IMG/VR virus record: IMGVR_UViG_3300036770_008728
Coordinates: 1-64,000 of that record
DNA: 64,000 nt
Reading direction: 5' to 3' (one strand)
Source: a virus
The notes under the pieces were generated by a model, which worked only from the letters and a program-made list of their open reading frames with translations, did not search any database and had not been told where the DNA came from. Positions 10,218-19,622 of this stretch are shown one piece after another. The position numbers were made by a program, and so were the translations under genes. The number at the start of each line of letters is the position of its first letter. Position 1 is the first letter of the stretch.

Positions 10218-10952
10218 TTACGGCCAGTATTCGCCTTCGCCACCACGACCAGGACCGCCCGGTCGTCCGCCCGGAGATGGACCATTAGTACTAACACCAC
10301 CACTACCATCATGAAGTAAAAACCATGATTTTGAACCGGTGATAGCGTAGGTATCTTTAAATGCCTTGAGATCAAGGTCTTTGCCCTGACGAGTCTCAGT
10401 ATTCAGGCTGAAGATGTGACCACCATGAAGATGTTCACCTAAAACAAATGGAATGGGTGTACCGGACTTCACGGTGTTTTCGTAGCCGGTGAGACTTTTG
10501 TTTCGTTCCTGCTCCTCGGCCTTTGGGTCCTTTGTGAAGAGCTGCATAACACCACCCAGAACCATACCGAAGCCAGATGCGGCCATGGCCAGACCCAAGT
10601 TACCAATAGTCTCGCTACCGGCTCCCATCATCATGACCCCCACAACGACCAGAACCACACCAATAATAATCCGTACATAGGGATTATTGCCGGCGCCACG
10701 ATATGCCGAACGGTCGATTACGGCATCACAACTCACATGTAGTTCCTCCGTTTCCAGCGGAGCATCCAAATCCAGAACATGATTAACACCCCGGACCTTG
10801 CAGTTATACAGCTTTTTGTTTGTCTCAGGATTCAGCTCTGGCTGTAGTCTCAGCGCCGACAGCGCCAGTCGGGCCGTTTTTGCTTCAACGACAATTTCCC
10901 GAGGACAGGCTTCTTTTAAAGCGCCATGAAGAATTACTTTAACGAGTGACAT
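10218..10952 (-). CDS. Tail assembly protein I
   Basis: VILHGAL start, hydrophobic Gly-rich centre, NTVKSGTPIPFVLGE; between K and J. Confidence 0.85.
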   Translation of the reverse strand: MSLVKVILHGALKEACPREIVVEAKTARLALSALRLQPELNPETNKKLYNCKVRGVNHVLDLDAPLETEELHVSCDAVIDRSAYRGAGNNPYVRIIIGVVLVVVGVMMMGAGSETIGNLGLAMAASGFGMVLGGVMQLFTKDPKAEEQERNKSLTGYENTVKSGTPIPFVLGEHLHGGHIFSLNTETRQGKDLDLKAFKDTYAITGSKSWFLLHDGSGGVSTNGPSPGGRPGGPGRGGEGEYWP

Positions 10953-11301
10953 CCAGCCTCCGCCGAATTATGTTCATGACTTGACCATCAACGACACCAT
11001 ACAAACCAACCTGGCCGGGAGTAATAATTGCGTGTATTACGTGGGGGAGGTCTGAAACTGCGTTGTAGTCATCAATCGAGAGATTGGCGGGGCCTCGTGG
11101 ATGCGTATGCCAGATGCCGGCCAGTTTATCCTTATACGGTGAAATCTGGGCTTCTGAAATGACAAATGAAGAGTATGGGTCGGAGGACTCGTTGACTAAT
11201 TCAATGATCTGAAAATCCTGGAGAACTACGCCGCAACGCTCATCACCCTCGTAATCAACTCCCAGTTTTTCCCAGAGCAAAGCAATTATTTGTTCTGTCA
11301 T
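10939..11301 (-). CDS. JAB/MPN domain protein (gpK N-terminal part)
   Basis: ERCG ... WHTHP....LS..D metal-binding motif. Confidence 0.85.
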   Translation of the reverse strand: MTEQIIALLWEKLGVDYEGDERCGVVLQDFQIIELVNESSDPYSSFVISEAQISPYKDKLAGIWHTHPRGPANLSIDDYNAVSDLPHVIHAIITPGQVGLYGVVDGQVMNIIRRRLDVTR

Positions 11302-11780
11302 GAGGGGTTCCTTTTTGATAGGCGCTGTCTGACCGCAAATGGTAACTGTGCCAGGGTGTCCATAGTCAGATTTTCAAAAGTGAGCTCATAAGTCGGGTGC
11401 CTGAGAACCCGCGTCACCCGTTCACGCCATTTCAGGTTATATGGGTCAAGACGAGATTTTTGGCCGGTCAGATGATGCAGAATCATTCCCTTGCCCACAT
11501 AAATAGCGATGTGGTTGCTGGTCTCAGTTCTCCCCATCGCCATCAGTAACGCATCACCAATAACAACATCATTGGGGTTTGTGGTGGCCTGCTGAAAACC
11601 TTCGTCGGGGAACAGTCGATCAAAGAAATTAAATCCAGGCAGCATGTACCATTGCGAGGGGCGGGCATAATCTTTCAGCTCCAGCCCCATCACTTCTTTG
11701 TAATACTGGCGGGCGAGGGTATAGCAGTCCTGCCAACCCTCTTCAAAATCAATGCCCAATAAATGTTGAAGGTGCTGCAT
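11298..11780 (-). CDS. NlpC/P60 tail protein (gpK C-terminal part)
   Basis: DCYTL, GD.L, NHIAIY.G.G.ILHH. Confidence 0.9.
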   Translation of the reverse strand: MQHLQHLLGIDFEEGWQDCYTLARQYYKEVMGLELKDYARPSQWYMLPGFNFFDRLFPDEGFQQATTNPNDVVIGDALLMAMGRTETSNHIAIYVGKGMILHHLTGQKSRLDPYNLKWRERVTRVLRHPTYELTFENLTMDTLAQLPFAVRQRLSKRNPS

Positions 11781-12271
11781 CAGAGCCTCACCAATCCAAA
11801 TTCTGGTTGAATAAACCGGCGACCCGGAAGTTTAAAGCTGTTGCCGTCAGACAGCGTACTGAGCTGCAGGCTGATAGCGATAGCATTCAGTTCTTCAACC
11901 TGAGATACATACCACACAGACATGGATGATTGTCCACTGGCCAAATCATCCGGATGCACCTCATACTTGGTGATACGGGCACCATCCATCCAACCTTCAG
12001 AGATGTAGTAGCTGAACAGGCTTTCCGGGTTGGCCAGAACTAAGCGTGGTCTGGACTGTTCGCCTCCGGCACGTTCACCCTCACCGGTCAGGCTAAAGGG
12101 AGCCAATGCCCATGTCTGGCTCTGCCAGTTCACAGTCTTTTCAGCGCAATAACGTAAAGTGACCACCGAAGCATCCGGGGCAGTAATTTGAATTTTCAGG
12201 AGTGTCAGAGGTTCGACCTGAGAGAGGGCGGCAGCATTGGCACGATAGATCTGTGGTATTTGCTGGTTCAT
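11780..12271 (-). CDS. Minor tail protein L-like
   Basis: Start moved to ATG 12271 by conserved RBS motif; VNWQSQTW...PF...G......RP.L..AN; between M and K. Confidence 0.75.
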   Translation of the reverse strand: MNQQIPQIYRANAAALSQVEPLTLLKIQITAPDASVVTLRYCAEKTVNWQSQTWALAPFSLTGEGERAGGEQSRPRLVLANPESLFSYYISEGWMDGARITKYEVHPDDLASGQSSMSVWYVSQVEELNAIAISLQLSTLSDGNSFKLPGRRFIQPEFGLVRL

Positions 12272-12307
12272 GTCTGTTAATCCCGAGTTTTTTCTGCATG
12301 ATAGCTG

Positions 12308-12339
12308 AAAAAACAAAACCCAGCCACAAGGACTGGGTT
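12308..12339 (-). terminator. Intrinsic terminator of the sRNA
   Basis: AACCCAGTC CTTGT GGCTGGGTT then TTGTTTTTT. Confidence 0.85.
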
Positions 12340-12383
12340 AACCATTAGGATTAACAAACATTGACACGAGGCCACTGCTTGCT
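12308..12383 (-). ncRNA. Predicted ~76-nt antisense sRNA complementary to the conserved RBS motif
   Basis: Promoter, 5' hairpin with G-U pairs valid only on this strand, 22-nt AUGUUUGUUAAUCCUAAUGGUU, intrinsic terminator; intergenic. Confidence 0.75.
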
Positions 12384-12390
12384 AATCCAA

Positions 12391-12419
12391 ATATTATTGG
12401 ACAACTGCGGACAAGTCAA
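12391..12419 (-). promoter_or_regulatory. Sigma70-like promoter of the sRNA
   Basis: TTGACT (12419-12414), 17 bp, TAATAT (12396-12391). Confidence 0.7.
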
Positions 12420-12448
12420 GACAACCGCAGACAAATGTTACAAATTGT
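12399..12448. repeat. Five phased (G)ACAA direct repeats over the sRNA promoter
   Basis: ggacaactgc/ggacaagtca/agacaaccgc/agacaaatgt/tacaaattgt, 10-bp period. Confidence 0.7.
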
Positions 12449-12843
12449 TAGGTTGGCTGCTGAATCAGTTTAATCGTGATGTCTTTTACCAGCCCATTTC
12501 CGTTTTTCACTGCCTCAGGTATAACCAATGGTTCCTCAAACCTAACGATCATATTCCCGTAGCGATCACTTGGATAAATAAATTCCTGATGCAGCTCATG
12601 TGCGGCATAGAAGTTTTCCAACGCCAACAAATTGAGTTTCGGCTGAATCGTCGCGGATAGCACGTTGTTACTGTCCTTGAACCACCATAAACCATCAAAC
12701 CGAAGTTGCAGGCTCTTCATCGCTGGGGCATTTGGCTTTGTCGTGTAAGTCCAGTTACCACCCAGTTTTACCTGGGCGCCACGCTTTGGATAGGACACTG
12801 AAGTCACATGGGTTGGAAAATCGAAAGTTTGTAGGGCCATCAC
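12448..12843 (-). CDS. Minor (distal) tail protein M-like
   Basis: Directly after tape measure; LENFY..H.....F motif; size. Confidence 0.7.
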   Translation of the reverse strand: MMALQTFDFPTHVTSVSYPKRGAQVKLGGNWTYTTKPNAPAMKSLQLRFDGLWWFKDSNNVLSATIQPKLNLLALENFYAAHELHQEFIYPSDRYGNMIVRFEEPLVIPEAVKNGNGLVKDITIKLIQQPT

Positions 12844-15800
12844 ATATCTCCAGTGCTAATACGTTTGACTAATTTCTTCGTGGTAGAGTCCCGCATCAGC
12901 GCCTTGTTAACGACAACCAACATGGAATTCTCATCCATCGAATTGGCCTTCTCATCTTCCGATACCACCCAGACGTTAACTACGGCTTCACGCCCGGAGG
13001 ATTCTGAACGTTCTCCGGACGGCATCGCCTCCAGAGACTTCACCGAACCACGGTCCATATTGTTCAGCGTTCTTACGGTATCCACACCCAATGCCTGAAC
13101 AGCCGCACGACGCAACACGAATTCACCCTGGGCCGCGTGAACCAAAGTGCTATCTCGTGTTTGCATACCGCTGGTGATTAAACCACCGGAGGCATATCGT
13201 TTTGGTGCACCCACCTGACCACCGTTCCATAGAGGTTGAGCTCCAGTAGCCATCGAAAGATCCATCTTTGGCGCGAATGATGAAATCGCAAAACTTATCA
13301 GTTGCTGCATCAGGGCGTTGGCTGCAATCTGCATCGCCACATCAGTCAAACTTTGCAGAATGCTGGCAGCAAAACCACGGAAGGATTCACCCGCAGTCAT
13401 GGAGCCTGTTGCGAACTGAGTAAAGAAGTTGCCCAGGCTGCTCCCTGCACCATCCAAAACACTCTTAAGACCCAGAGCTGCTTCGGTCAGACCATCCATG
13501 CCTTCGTAAGCCTTTGACGATTGTGTCAGGGCATAGTCAAACGCATTACGGGCTTGCTGGCCCAGTCCGCCGGCTGCAGTGCCCGCAGAGGTAAACTCAC
13601 CTTCACCGGCCAGTATCTGCTTATCCGTCTGATATGAACCACCTTTAACAATGGCCTGTACCCGGCGACGATCTTGGCTGAGAAATGGTTTATCGCGGAG
13701 CTCAGCCATGGCGGCATTGCCCCGCATCGCATTAGTTTGTTGGCCTGTCTCATAGGTGTTTTTGTCGATTGAGCCCTGCAGTTCCTGAATTTTCTTATTG
13801 TTGTCCTCGATAGTGGGCGTCAGCTTGTTAATTTCCTCCTGATACCGGCGGGCTTCAGCAACGCTCATATTTGGTAATGCTGCAGTTAATTCACTGACAC
13901 GGGCCTGCTTGACTCTGTTGTCCGCCTGATAGGCCGAGATTTCCTGCTGCATCGATCTGACAGCTGTTTGGCTGGCCCGCTCAATCAGAGGGATGCTGAG
14001 CAGGTAGGCCTGTTTCTGACCCTCACTACCCAAGCCGGCGTCATCGGCACGGCCCACCAACTTATCGGCTTGGCGCTTCAGTTCATCCGCCCGGTTTTTC
14101 TCTTTTTCCGCGGCGGCAAGCTGCGCCTTCAAACGGGCAGATTCCTCAGCGTTCGTTTTGTCAAAGTACTGATCGGCGGCCCGGGCAATTTCCTTGGAGT
14201 AGGTCCTCGACACACCGGACAGACGGAAGTCACCTTTTGCAAACAATGAACCGGCTTGCAGGCGGGCCCGTTGCCGGTTTGCGTTCTCGGCGTTACTCCC
14301 CAGACGACTGTCGAGCGCATCACGGGAACTGGCCTGTATTTGTTCCAGCTGCGTCAGGTCTTCACCAGCTTCAGCCTTTGAAATCTCCAGCTGCAGAGCC
14401 GATTGTTTACGTAGCAACGCGGCAATAGCTTTCTCCAGTCGCTCGATATCCTTCAGGTTGTTCGCATCACTGAGCTCCAGTTCCCGAAGCTCCAGTTCGG
14501 CTTCAACACTTCCACCCTCAGCCCGATTCTGACGTTTGAGGGAACGTAGAGCAGATGGGGCGGCAGAGGACTGTGCACTACGTGTTTTGGCCAGGGCACC
14601 ATTAATAAACTCGGGGTAGCGTGAGTCCGTCAGTACTTTGTTGAGTAGTTCCGCCGGCAATTTAGACTTAGCCAGTTCGGTTTGAACGAAGGCTTTAATT
14701 TCTTGGTTGAGGCCCCGAGCCTCAGTCTCAGACTGGCCACGGTACTCCGTCAGGCCCCGGTACAGTCCCAGGGCGTCTTTACCGTATTGTTTTGAGATCT
14801 GCCCATTTCGTTCGGCAACAGATTCCACAAATGTATTGGCTCGTGCACCGAACTGGCGTTTTACGGCCTCCACGATTGCAACGATTTGCTGTTGTTGTGG
14901 GAGCCTGTCTGACTTCTGCAGTTGATTCAGAATGTCATCCACAATCTGAATTTGACCCTCAATATCTTTTTTGGCCAGCTCCAACTCGGCCATTACGCTT
15001 TCCGGTTTTACATAATTGGCGTTGGCTCGGGCCTTCAACAGCTCGGGTTTTGCATCCATTTCCTGCGTTAAAAGAATGAGGTCTGTCAGTCGACCTTTTA
15101 GGGTTTTTTCCAATGCCACGATATCTTCTCTCGGGCTGTTTAGATTTAAACCCTTACCGGCTGATAGCAGTTTTGTGAATGGAGAATCACCGGTATTGAA
15201 CTGGCGATTATTCGCTTTCAAACCCAAGAAATTTGCGAGTTCCGGGTTAAAGGTAGACACAACACTGGTGGTATACCGGTTCTGAGGCCCCATGATGCCC
15301 TGACCGGATTGAGACTGCCCCTGATATCCGGCCAGTAAACCGAACTGGGCCTTAGCTTCATTTCTGGCGGCATCCGACTGACGTGCCAGGTCGATCTCAG
15401 TAAAGGCAATCATCCGACCGCGTAACTCTTCCAGCTTCCCAATCAGGGTATCAAATGCCGGGTTGGTCTCTTCCATGTAGAAGCCCAGATTTTTCAGCTC
15501 TGAGTTCAGCTGACCCACGAACTGGCGCATCATTTCCGGCCCGGTCTTGGCATCTTCCAGAGCCCCGCGCTTGTAGTAGGCATCAGAGATAATGGAGTCG
15601 ACTGATTTGGTACCCGCGGAGTACCTGTCCAGTCTGGCCTGTATCTGGTTGCTTTCAAACTTCGCCATATCCAATGGCTGTTGTAATCGAGCACTGCGAT
15701 TGTTGGAACTCATGGCGTAAGCAGTCAGCGCCGCCACACCTGATAAACCCCAGATCCAGGGGCCACCCAGCACTGTTCGGACCACGGCAAGCACCGCTGA

Positions 15801-18800
15801 GGTACTGGCCGTGGAACTTAATGCCGCGGTAGTGGCGATTGCGGCGGCGGTTCCTACGCCAGAATCTGAACCGGGAATTCCAGATTTACCACCACCTAAA
15901 ACACGGCCAGCCAACTTCCCGACGCCCACGACACCTCCTACGGCAAGACGTGTCGCTCCGATAGCAAGCAGCCCGTTCAGTAAAGGCCCCGCACCTTTTA
16001 GGTTAGAAACCAGATCTGCAGTCAATCGGACTAAATCGGTCAACACTTCAATCATCGGCGCCAGGGCATCATAAAACACTGACTTACCAATAGAGGTGAA
16101 CCGTGCCCATTGGTTGGCCAAGGCGCCCATCTGGACGGCGTTGGCGCCCGCTGCGGCACCGCTTTGATTCATCGCAGTAGTAATATCCCGAGCGGTCTGG
16201 ATGTTGTTGGCAAAGGCGCCGTAAGCGTTCGCTGCACGAACTTCCATGGTTTCCATGGCATCCACTACGGTAAAGCCGCTGCTGGACAGTTTTGCCATGA
16301 CATCCGTGAGGCTGTATGTGCGAAGATCCAAATCCTCCATTGTCAGGCCAAGGTCGAAGATTTTCTTCTTGAAGCCCTCGGTAGGTTTCTGGAGTGTGAT
16401 CAGGATCTGGCGTAAACCGGTACCCAGTGTCGAACCGGATTTAACACCCGAGTTAGCCATTGCGGCCAGTGCTGCCACCGTATCTTCAAAGCTGACATTA
16501 CTCTGTTCCGCAATGTTACCGGCGTACTGCAGGCCTAAGCTGACTTTATCCAGGTTCAGTTTTGATTGGTTGATGGAAATCGTTAGTTTGTCGACTATCT
16601 CAGGCATCCGGGTTGCTTCGAAGTTGAAGACACCCATTGCCGAAGTAGCAAGGTCGACCGCGGATTTCAGGTCGGTACCCACCGCGGTTGCAAAGAGAGT
16701 GATACCGGGTAATGCTTCCAGAATTTGGTCTTTACTCAAACCTGCTTGACCCAGGATAACCGCAGTATCCACCACTTCCACGGCATCGAATTTCGTCAGC
16801 TCAGAGATTTCGATCAGGGAACCCTTCACCTTTTCCATGTCGTTGTAGGTCAGTGCAAGGATGGCCTGAAGCTGGGCAAAGTTCTTATCGAGCTCCACGA
16901 TGAAGTTACCCGTAGAGTAACCAGCCGCCACCCCGCCACCCAACACCGCATAGTTCCGAAGCAACATGGCTTGGTTGCGGAACATATCCGCGCCACCATC
17001 AACATCTCGTCGGATTTGGTTTTGGTTAATCTGACTCAGTACACGAGCACGGTTTGCCGCGTAAGAGTCGCGCTCTGCAGCTTGCTGCGCGGCTTTCTCT
17101 TGCTGGGCCTGCCGGTAGGCTGGGTCATTCTGCTTTGCCGCCGTATTGCCCAGCTGGCGCTTAATTGTCAGCTGCTGTTCCAGAGTCCTCAGCTGTTCTT
17201 TCAGGAGGTTGAGTGATTCGACCTCGGCTTTAACATTGCCGTTCGTTGCTGCCGCTTGGTCAACCCGGAGCTGCTGGGCCCGCAGACGTTCATCCGCCCC
17301 CCGTTTAAAGTTTTCCAGATCCGTTAGTGCTAAACCACTGAGCCGGCTGGCGTCCGGTAGATAGCGCCCATCATAGCGGCTGCTGGCATAAGTACCCAGA
17401 CGCTGGTTCAGCAGTTGCGCTTGGGTTTGTGTTGCTGTGGGAGCTGCAGTGGCCTTGCCGCCAGATTTTGGCTGCAGCTCGTCCAGAGCCCGAGATAACC
17501 GGTCCAACACCAAACGTAACCGCTCTGATTCGCCCTGGGTGGCTCTATCGTTTTTGTAGAGTGTATTGGCATCAACCTTCAGCTGTTCAAGAGCTGAAAT
17601 AGATTTGCCGCGTACCAAGGCATCGAGCTGGGACTGAAAGCTCTGATCCGTTTTTAAACCAGACAACCGTTTGAGTTCTTCCAGCCGGCCGGTACTGGGG
17701 TTACTAATATCAGCCAGAACCTTTCCAACCAGTTCGGCGCTCTTGGCATACTGATTACCGGTCTTTTTATCACCATCAGAAAAAGCGCTTCTGGCCTGCC
17801 GGTTTAAAGCCGATTGCTGAGCCTTCAAATAGGCAGGGTCTTCTTTCTGTAAGGTGGCCACCAGCTGTTTTCTGCCCGCGGCAGTATTAGCCTGGGTGGC
17901 AAACGCTTTCAGCTGCTGAACCGCCGGCGCCATCTGTTGCAGTGCGGTTTGTAGGGAGTTCGCCAGCTGCGCGTAGTCTTGGGCCTTTCCAGAGTTACCA
18001 AACTGTTGGGCTTCGGTACTGGCCGTTTTCCGGGCGGTTTTAATCAGGACCTTAAGGTCTTCAGTATTCGAGCCGGCAATCAATGAATTTAAGGCGGCTT
18101 TGTTTCCAACGGCCGCCGCTAACTGTTCCTGCCGCCGACGCAACCCCGGAGCAGCCTTATCAGACATGTACTTATCAATGGTTTCCAGTGCGTTGCTTGC
18201 CGCCTTCATACCCATTTTGTTGCCGAGGTCTGAGCTCTGTTTAAGCAATTGAGCTGCAGCTGCACGGGTGGCTTTTACCTCATAAGCCGGGAGGCCCCGC
18301 AAGTACTGTTCTGGATATTTGGAATCGCCCGCAATCTGACTAATCCGACTTTGCCGACCACGCTGGGCCGCTTCTTTCTGGCTATTACGGATCTCAGCTT
18401 CAATTTGCCGGCGCTGACGAATTAATTCCTGTTGGAACTTCTGGCTCATCTGGCCAAGAACTTCTTTTTGGGTGGTCAGTTGCTGGTCGAGAGATTTCTT
18501 AAAGGCTTCCAGCTGCATTTTAACTGCCGCTTTTTGAGCCGGGTCTTGAAGATTGTTGTAAATGGCATCCGCTGAACTCTTGCCGGCCCGACGAGCCGTG
18601 GCCTGGTCACGAAGCAACTCCGCCAGTTTGGTGTTCAGACTTTTCAGCTCGGCCTCGGTGGTTTCCCGGGCGGTTCCAGATTTAGCCCCTTTACCCAGGT
18701 TGGCGAGTTTAGTACTGAGTTTTTCAACATCCCGGATAGTGGCGAGGATTGATTGGTCGAGCTGCTTGATCTGTTCCGCCGCAGCTTTTAGAGTCCCGCC

Positions 18801-18839
18801 GTCCTGAACACCAAGATCGAGAATTACGTCTTTGGTCAT
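12840..18839 (-). CDS. Tail tape measure protein
   Basis: 1999 aa, Ala/Gln/Leu-rich helical, TP901-type core (LGQAGL, LANSGVKSGSTLGTGLR), C-terminal YASGG..GEFVL. Confidence 0.95.
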   Translation of the reverse strand: MTKDVILDLGVQDGGTLKAAAEQIKQLDQSILATIRDVEKLSTKLANLGKGAKSGTARETTEAELKSLNTKLAELLRDQATARRAGKSSADAIYNNLQDPAQKAAVKMQLEAFKKSLDQQLTTQKEVLGQMSQKFQQELIRQRRQIEAEIRNSQKEAAQRGRQSRISQIAGDSKYPEQYLRGLPAYEVKATRAAAAQLLKQSSDLGNKMGMKAASNALETIDKYMSDKAAPGLRRRQEQLAAAVGNKAALNSLIAGSNTEDLKVLIKTARKTASTEAQQFGNSGKAQDYAQLANSLQTALQQMAPAVQQLKAFATQANTAAGRKQLVATLQKEDPAYLKAQQSALNRQARSAFSDGDKKTGNQYAKSAELVGKVLADISNPSTGRLEELKRLSGLKTDQSFQSQLDALVRGKSISALEQLKVDANTLYKNDRATQGESERLRLVLDRLSRALDELQPKSGGKATAAPTATQTQAQLLNQRLGTYASSRYDGRYLPDASRLSGLALTDLENFKRGADERLRAQQLRVDQAAATNGNVKAEVESLNLLKEQLRTLEQQLTIKRQLGNTAAKQNDPAYRQAQQEKAAQQAAERDSYAANRARVLSQINQNQIRRDVDGGADMFRNQAMLLRNYAVLGGGVAAGYSTGNFIVELDKNFAQLQAILALTYNDMEKVKGSLIEISELTKFDAVEVVDTAVILGQAGLSKDQILEALPGITLFATAVGTDLKSAVDLATSAMGVFNFEATRMPEIVDKLTISINQSKLNLDKVSLGLQYAGNIAEQSNVSFEDTVAALAAMANSGVKSGSTLGTGLRQILITLQKPTEGFKKKIFDLGLTMEDLDLRTYSLTDVMAKLSSSGFTVVDAMETMEVRAANAYGAFANNIQTARDITTAMNQSGAAAGANAVQMGALANQWARFTSIGKSVFYDALAPMIEVLTDLVRLTADLVSNLKGAGPLLNGLLAIGATRLAVGGVVGVGKLAGRVLGGGKSGIPGSDSGVGTAAAIATTAALSSTASTSAVLAVVRTVLGGPWIWGLSGVAALTAYAMSSNNRSARLQQPLDMAKFESNQIQARLDRYSAGTKSVDSIISDAYYKRGALEDAKTGPEMMRQFVGQLNSELKNLGFYMEETNPAFDTLIGKLEELRGRMIAFTEIDLARQSDAARNEAKAQFGLLAGYQGQSQSGQGIMGPQNRYTTSVVSTFNPELANFLGLKANNRQFNTGDSPFTKLLSAGKGLNLNSPREDIVALEKTLKGRLTDLILLTQEMDAKPELLKARANANYVKPESVMAELELAKKDIEGQIQIVDDILNQLQKSDRLPQQQQIVAIVEAVKRQFGARANTFVESVAERNGQISKQYGKDALGLYRGLTEYRGQSETEARGLNQEIKAFVQTELAKSKLPAELLNKVLTDSRYPEFINGALAKTRSAQSSAAPSALRSLKRQNRAEGGSVEAELELRELELSDANNLKDIERLEKAIAALLRKQSALQLEISKAEAGEDLTQLEQIQASSRDALDSRLGSNAENANRQRARLQAGSLFAKGDFRLSGVSRTYSKEIARAADQYFDKTNAEESARLKAQLAAAEKEKNRADELKRQADKLVGRADDAGLGSEGQKQAYLLSIPLIERASQTAVRSMQQEISAYQADNRVKQARVSELTAALPNMSVAEARRYQEEINKLTPTIEDNNKKIQELQGSIDKNTYETGQQTNAMRGNAAMAELRDKPFLSQDRRRVQAIVKGGSYQTDKQILAGEGEFTSAGTAAGGLGQQARNAFDYALTQSSKAYEGMDGLTEAALGLKSVLDGAGSSLGNFFTQFATGSMTAGESFRGFAASILQSLTDVAMQIAANALMQQLISFAISSFAPKMDLSMATGAQPLWNGGQVGAPKRYASGGLITSGMQTRDSTLVHAAQGEFVLRRAAVQALGVDTVRTLNNMDRGSVKSLEAMPSGERSESSGREAVVNVWVVSEDEKANSMDENSMLVVVNKALMRDSTTKKLVKRISTGDM

Positions 18840-18857
18840 GTTTGTTAATCCTTATTT

Positions 18858-19235
18858 TTATCCGAAGACGGAAGCAAACGCCGCATCCATTTGAGCCGCT
18901 GTTTGAGGCTCAAAGGCCCTCTTAGGCGTTGGAGTACCGTTACCCTTGCCGCCCCCCAGCGCTTGATTTATCACTTTGACCAGTGCTTCAAACTGCTGGT
19001 GGTGCCCAATCATAAACTCGCCGGATTTAATTCGAAGTTTGTAGCGCAAATCGGCATAAGTGAAAGTCCAGTAGATCCGCAGAACCTGACTTGGGACCAC
19101 ATCAAAGGACCAACAAATTTGCTCTTCAAAGTTCAGTTTTTCATACCACTCACGAAAAACGGTTAACCCTTCAGAATCTCCGCGTTTGTCCGCGTCTGAA
19201 GCTCCTGCTGACACTTCAGACGTTTGATAAAAAAA
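18858..19235 (-). CDS. Tail assembly chaperone, frameshifted (GT) extension
   Basis: -1 frame ORF entered at slippery T TTT TTT, ends just before tape measure. Confidence 0.75.
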   Translation of the reverse strand, partial: FFYQTSEVSAGASDADKRGDSEGLTVFREWYEKLNFEEQICWSFDVVPSQVLRIYWTFTYADLRYKLRIKSGEFMIGHHQQFEALVKVINQALGGGKGNGTPTPKRAFEPQTAAQMDAAFASVFG

Positions 19236-19528
19236 TCCTGCAGATGTGCCACCACCCAAGCCAATAAGAGTTCACCCTGCTCAATGGTTAGCTGGAAATC
19301 TTCAGAGTCCGGATTATAAGCCTTGGTGATTTTGCCCTCACCATCCCGAATACTTAGAGCAAGTGCAAAGACAGCATCCCTTAGGGAGGCTTCACTCTGT
19401 AACAGGGGGAGGTCTTGAATACTACCGCCGATTGCGGAGATTTGATTGAGCAGGCCAAAACTCATAAAGAGCTTTTTATCGGTGCCATTTGCAAATTGAA
19501 TAGTGAGATGTGCCGACGGAGCTGTCAT
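19163..19528 (-). CDS. Tail assembly chaperone G
   Basis: Start ATG 19528 by conserved RBS motif; between tail tube and tape measure. Confidence 0.8.
   Translation of the reverse strand: MTAPSAHLTIQFANGTDKKLFMSFGLLNQISAIGGSIQDLPLLQSEASLRDAVFALALSIRDGEGKITKAYNPDSEDFQLTIEQGELLLAWVVAHLQDFFIKRLKCQQELQTRTNAEILKG
19229..19235 (-). other. -1 programmed ribosomal frameshift site
   Basis: GA[T TTT TTT] ATC in G frame; -1 frame open to 18858. Confidence 0.8.
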
Positions 19529-19579
19529 GTCTGTTAATCCTATAGTTGTCGTCATAATAGTAAACCACAGGACCAGAAC

Positions 19580-19606
19580 AAAAAAGCCCCGAGCAATCGG
19601 GGCTTT
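19580..19606 (-). terminator. Intrinsic terminator after tail tube gene
   Basis: AAAGCCCCGA TTGC TCGGGGCTTT TTT. Confidence 0.9.
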
Positions 19607-19622
19607 AATCACCAGGGAGCGG

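Noticed and set aside
12277-12375. 32-codon hydrophobic ORF (GTG GCC TCG...) on the sRNA strand
   Set aside because: Runs through the terminator and its SD would lie upstream of the predicted TSS; not fully excluded for read-through RNA
12361-12660. Plus-strand ORF starting at TTG after the motif copy, and TTGACA at 12361
   Set aside because: Antisense to tail gene M, TTG start, no good -10; hairpin wobble pairs and terminator polarity favour a minus-strand RNA
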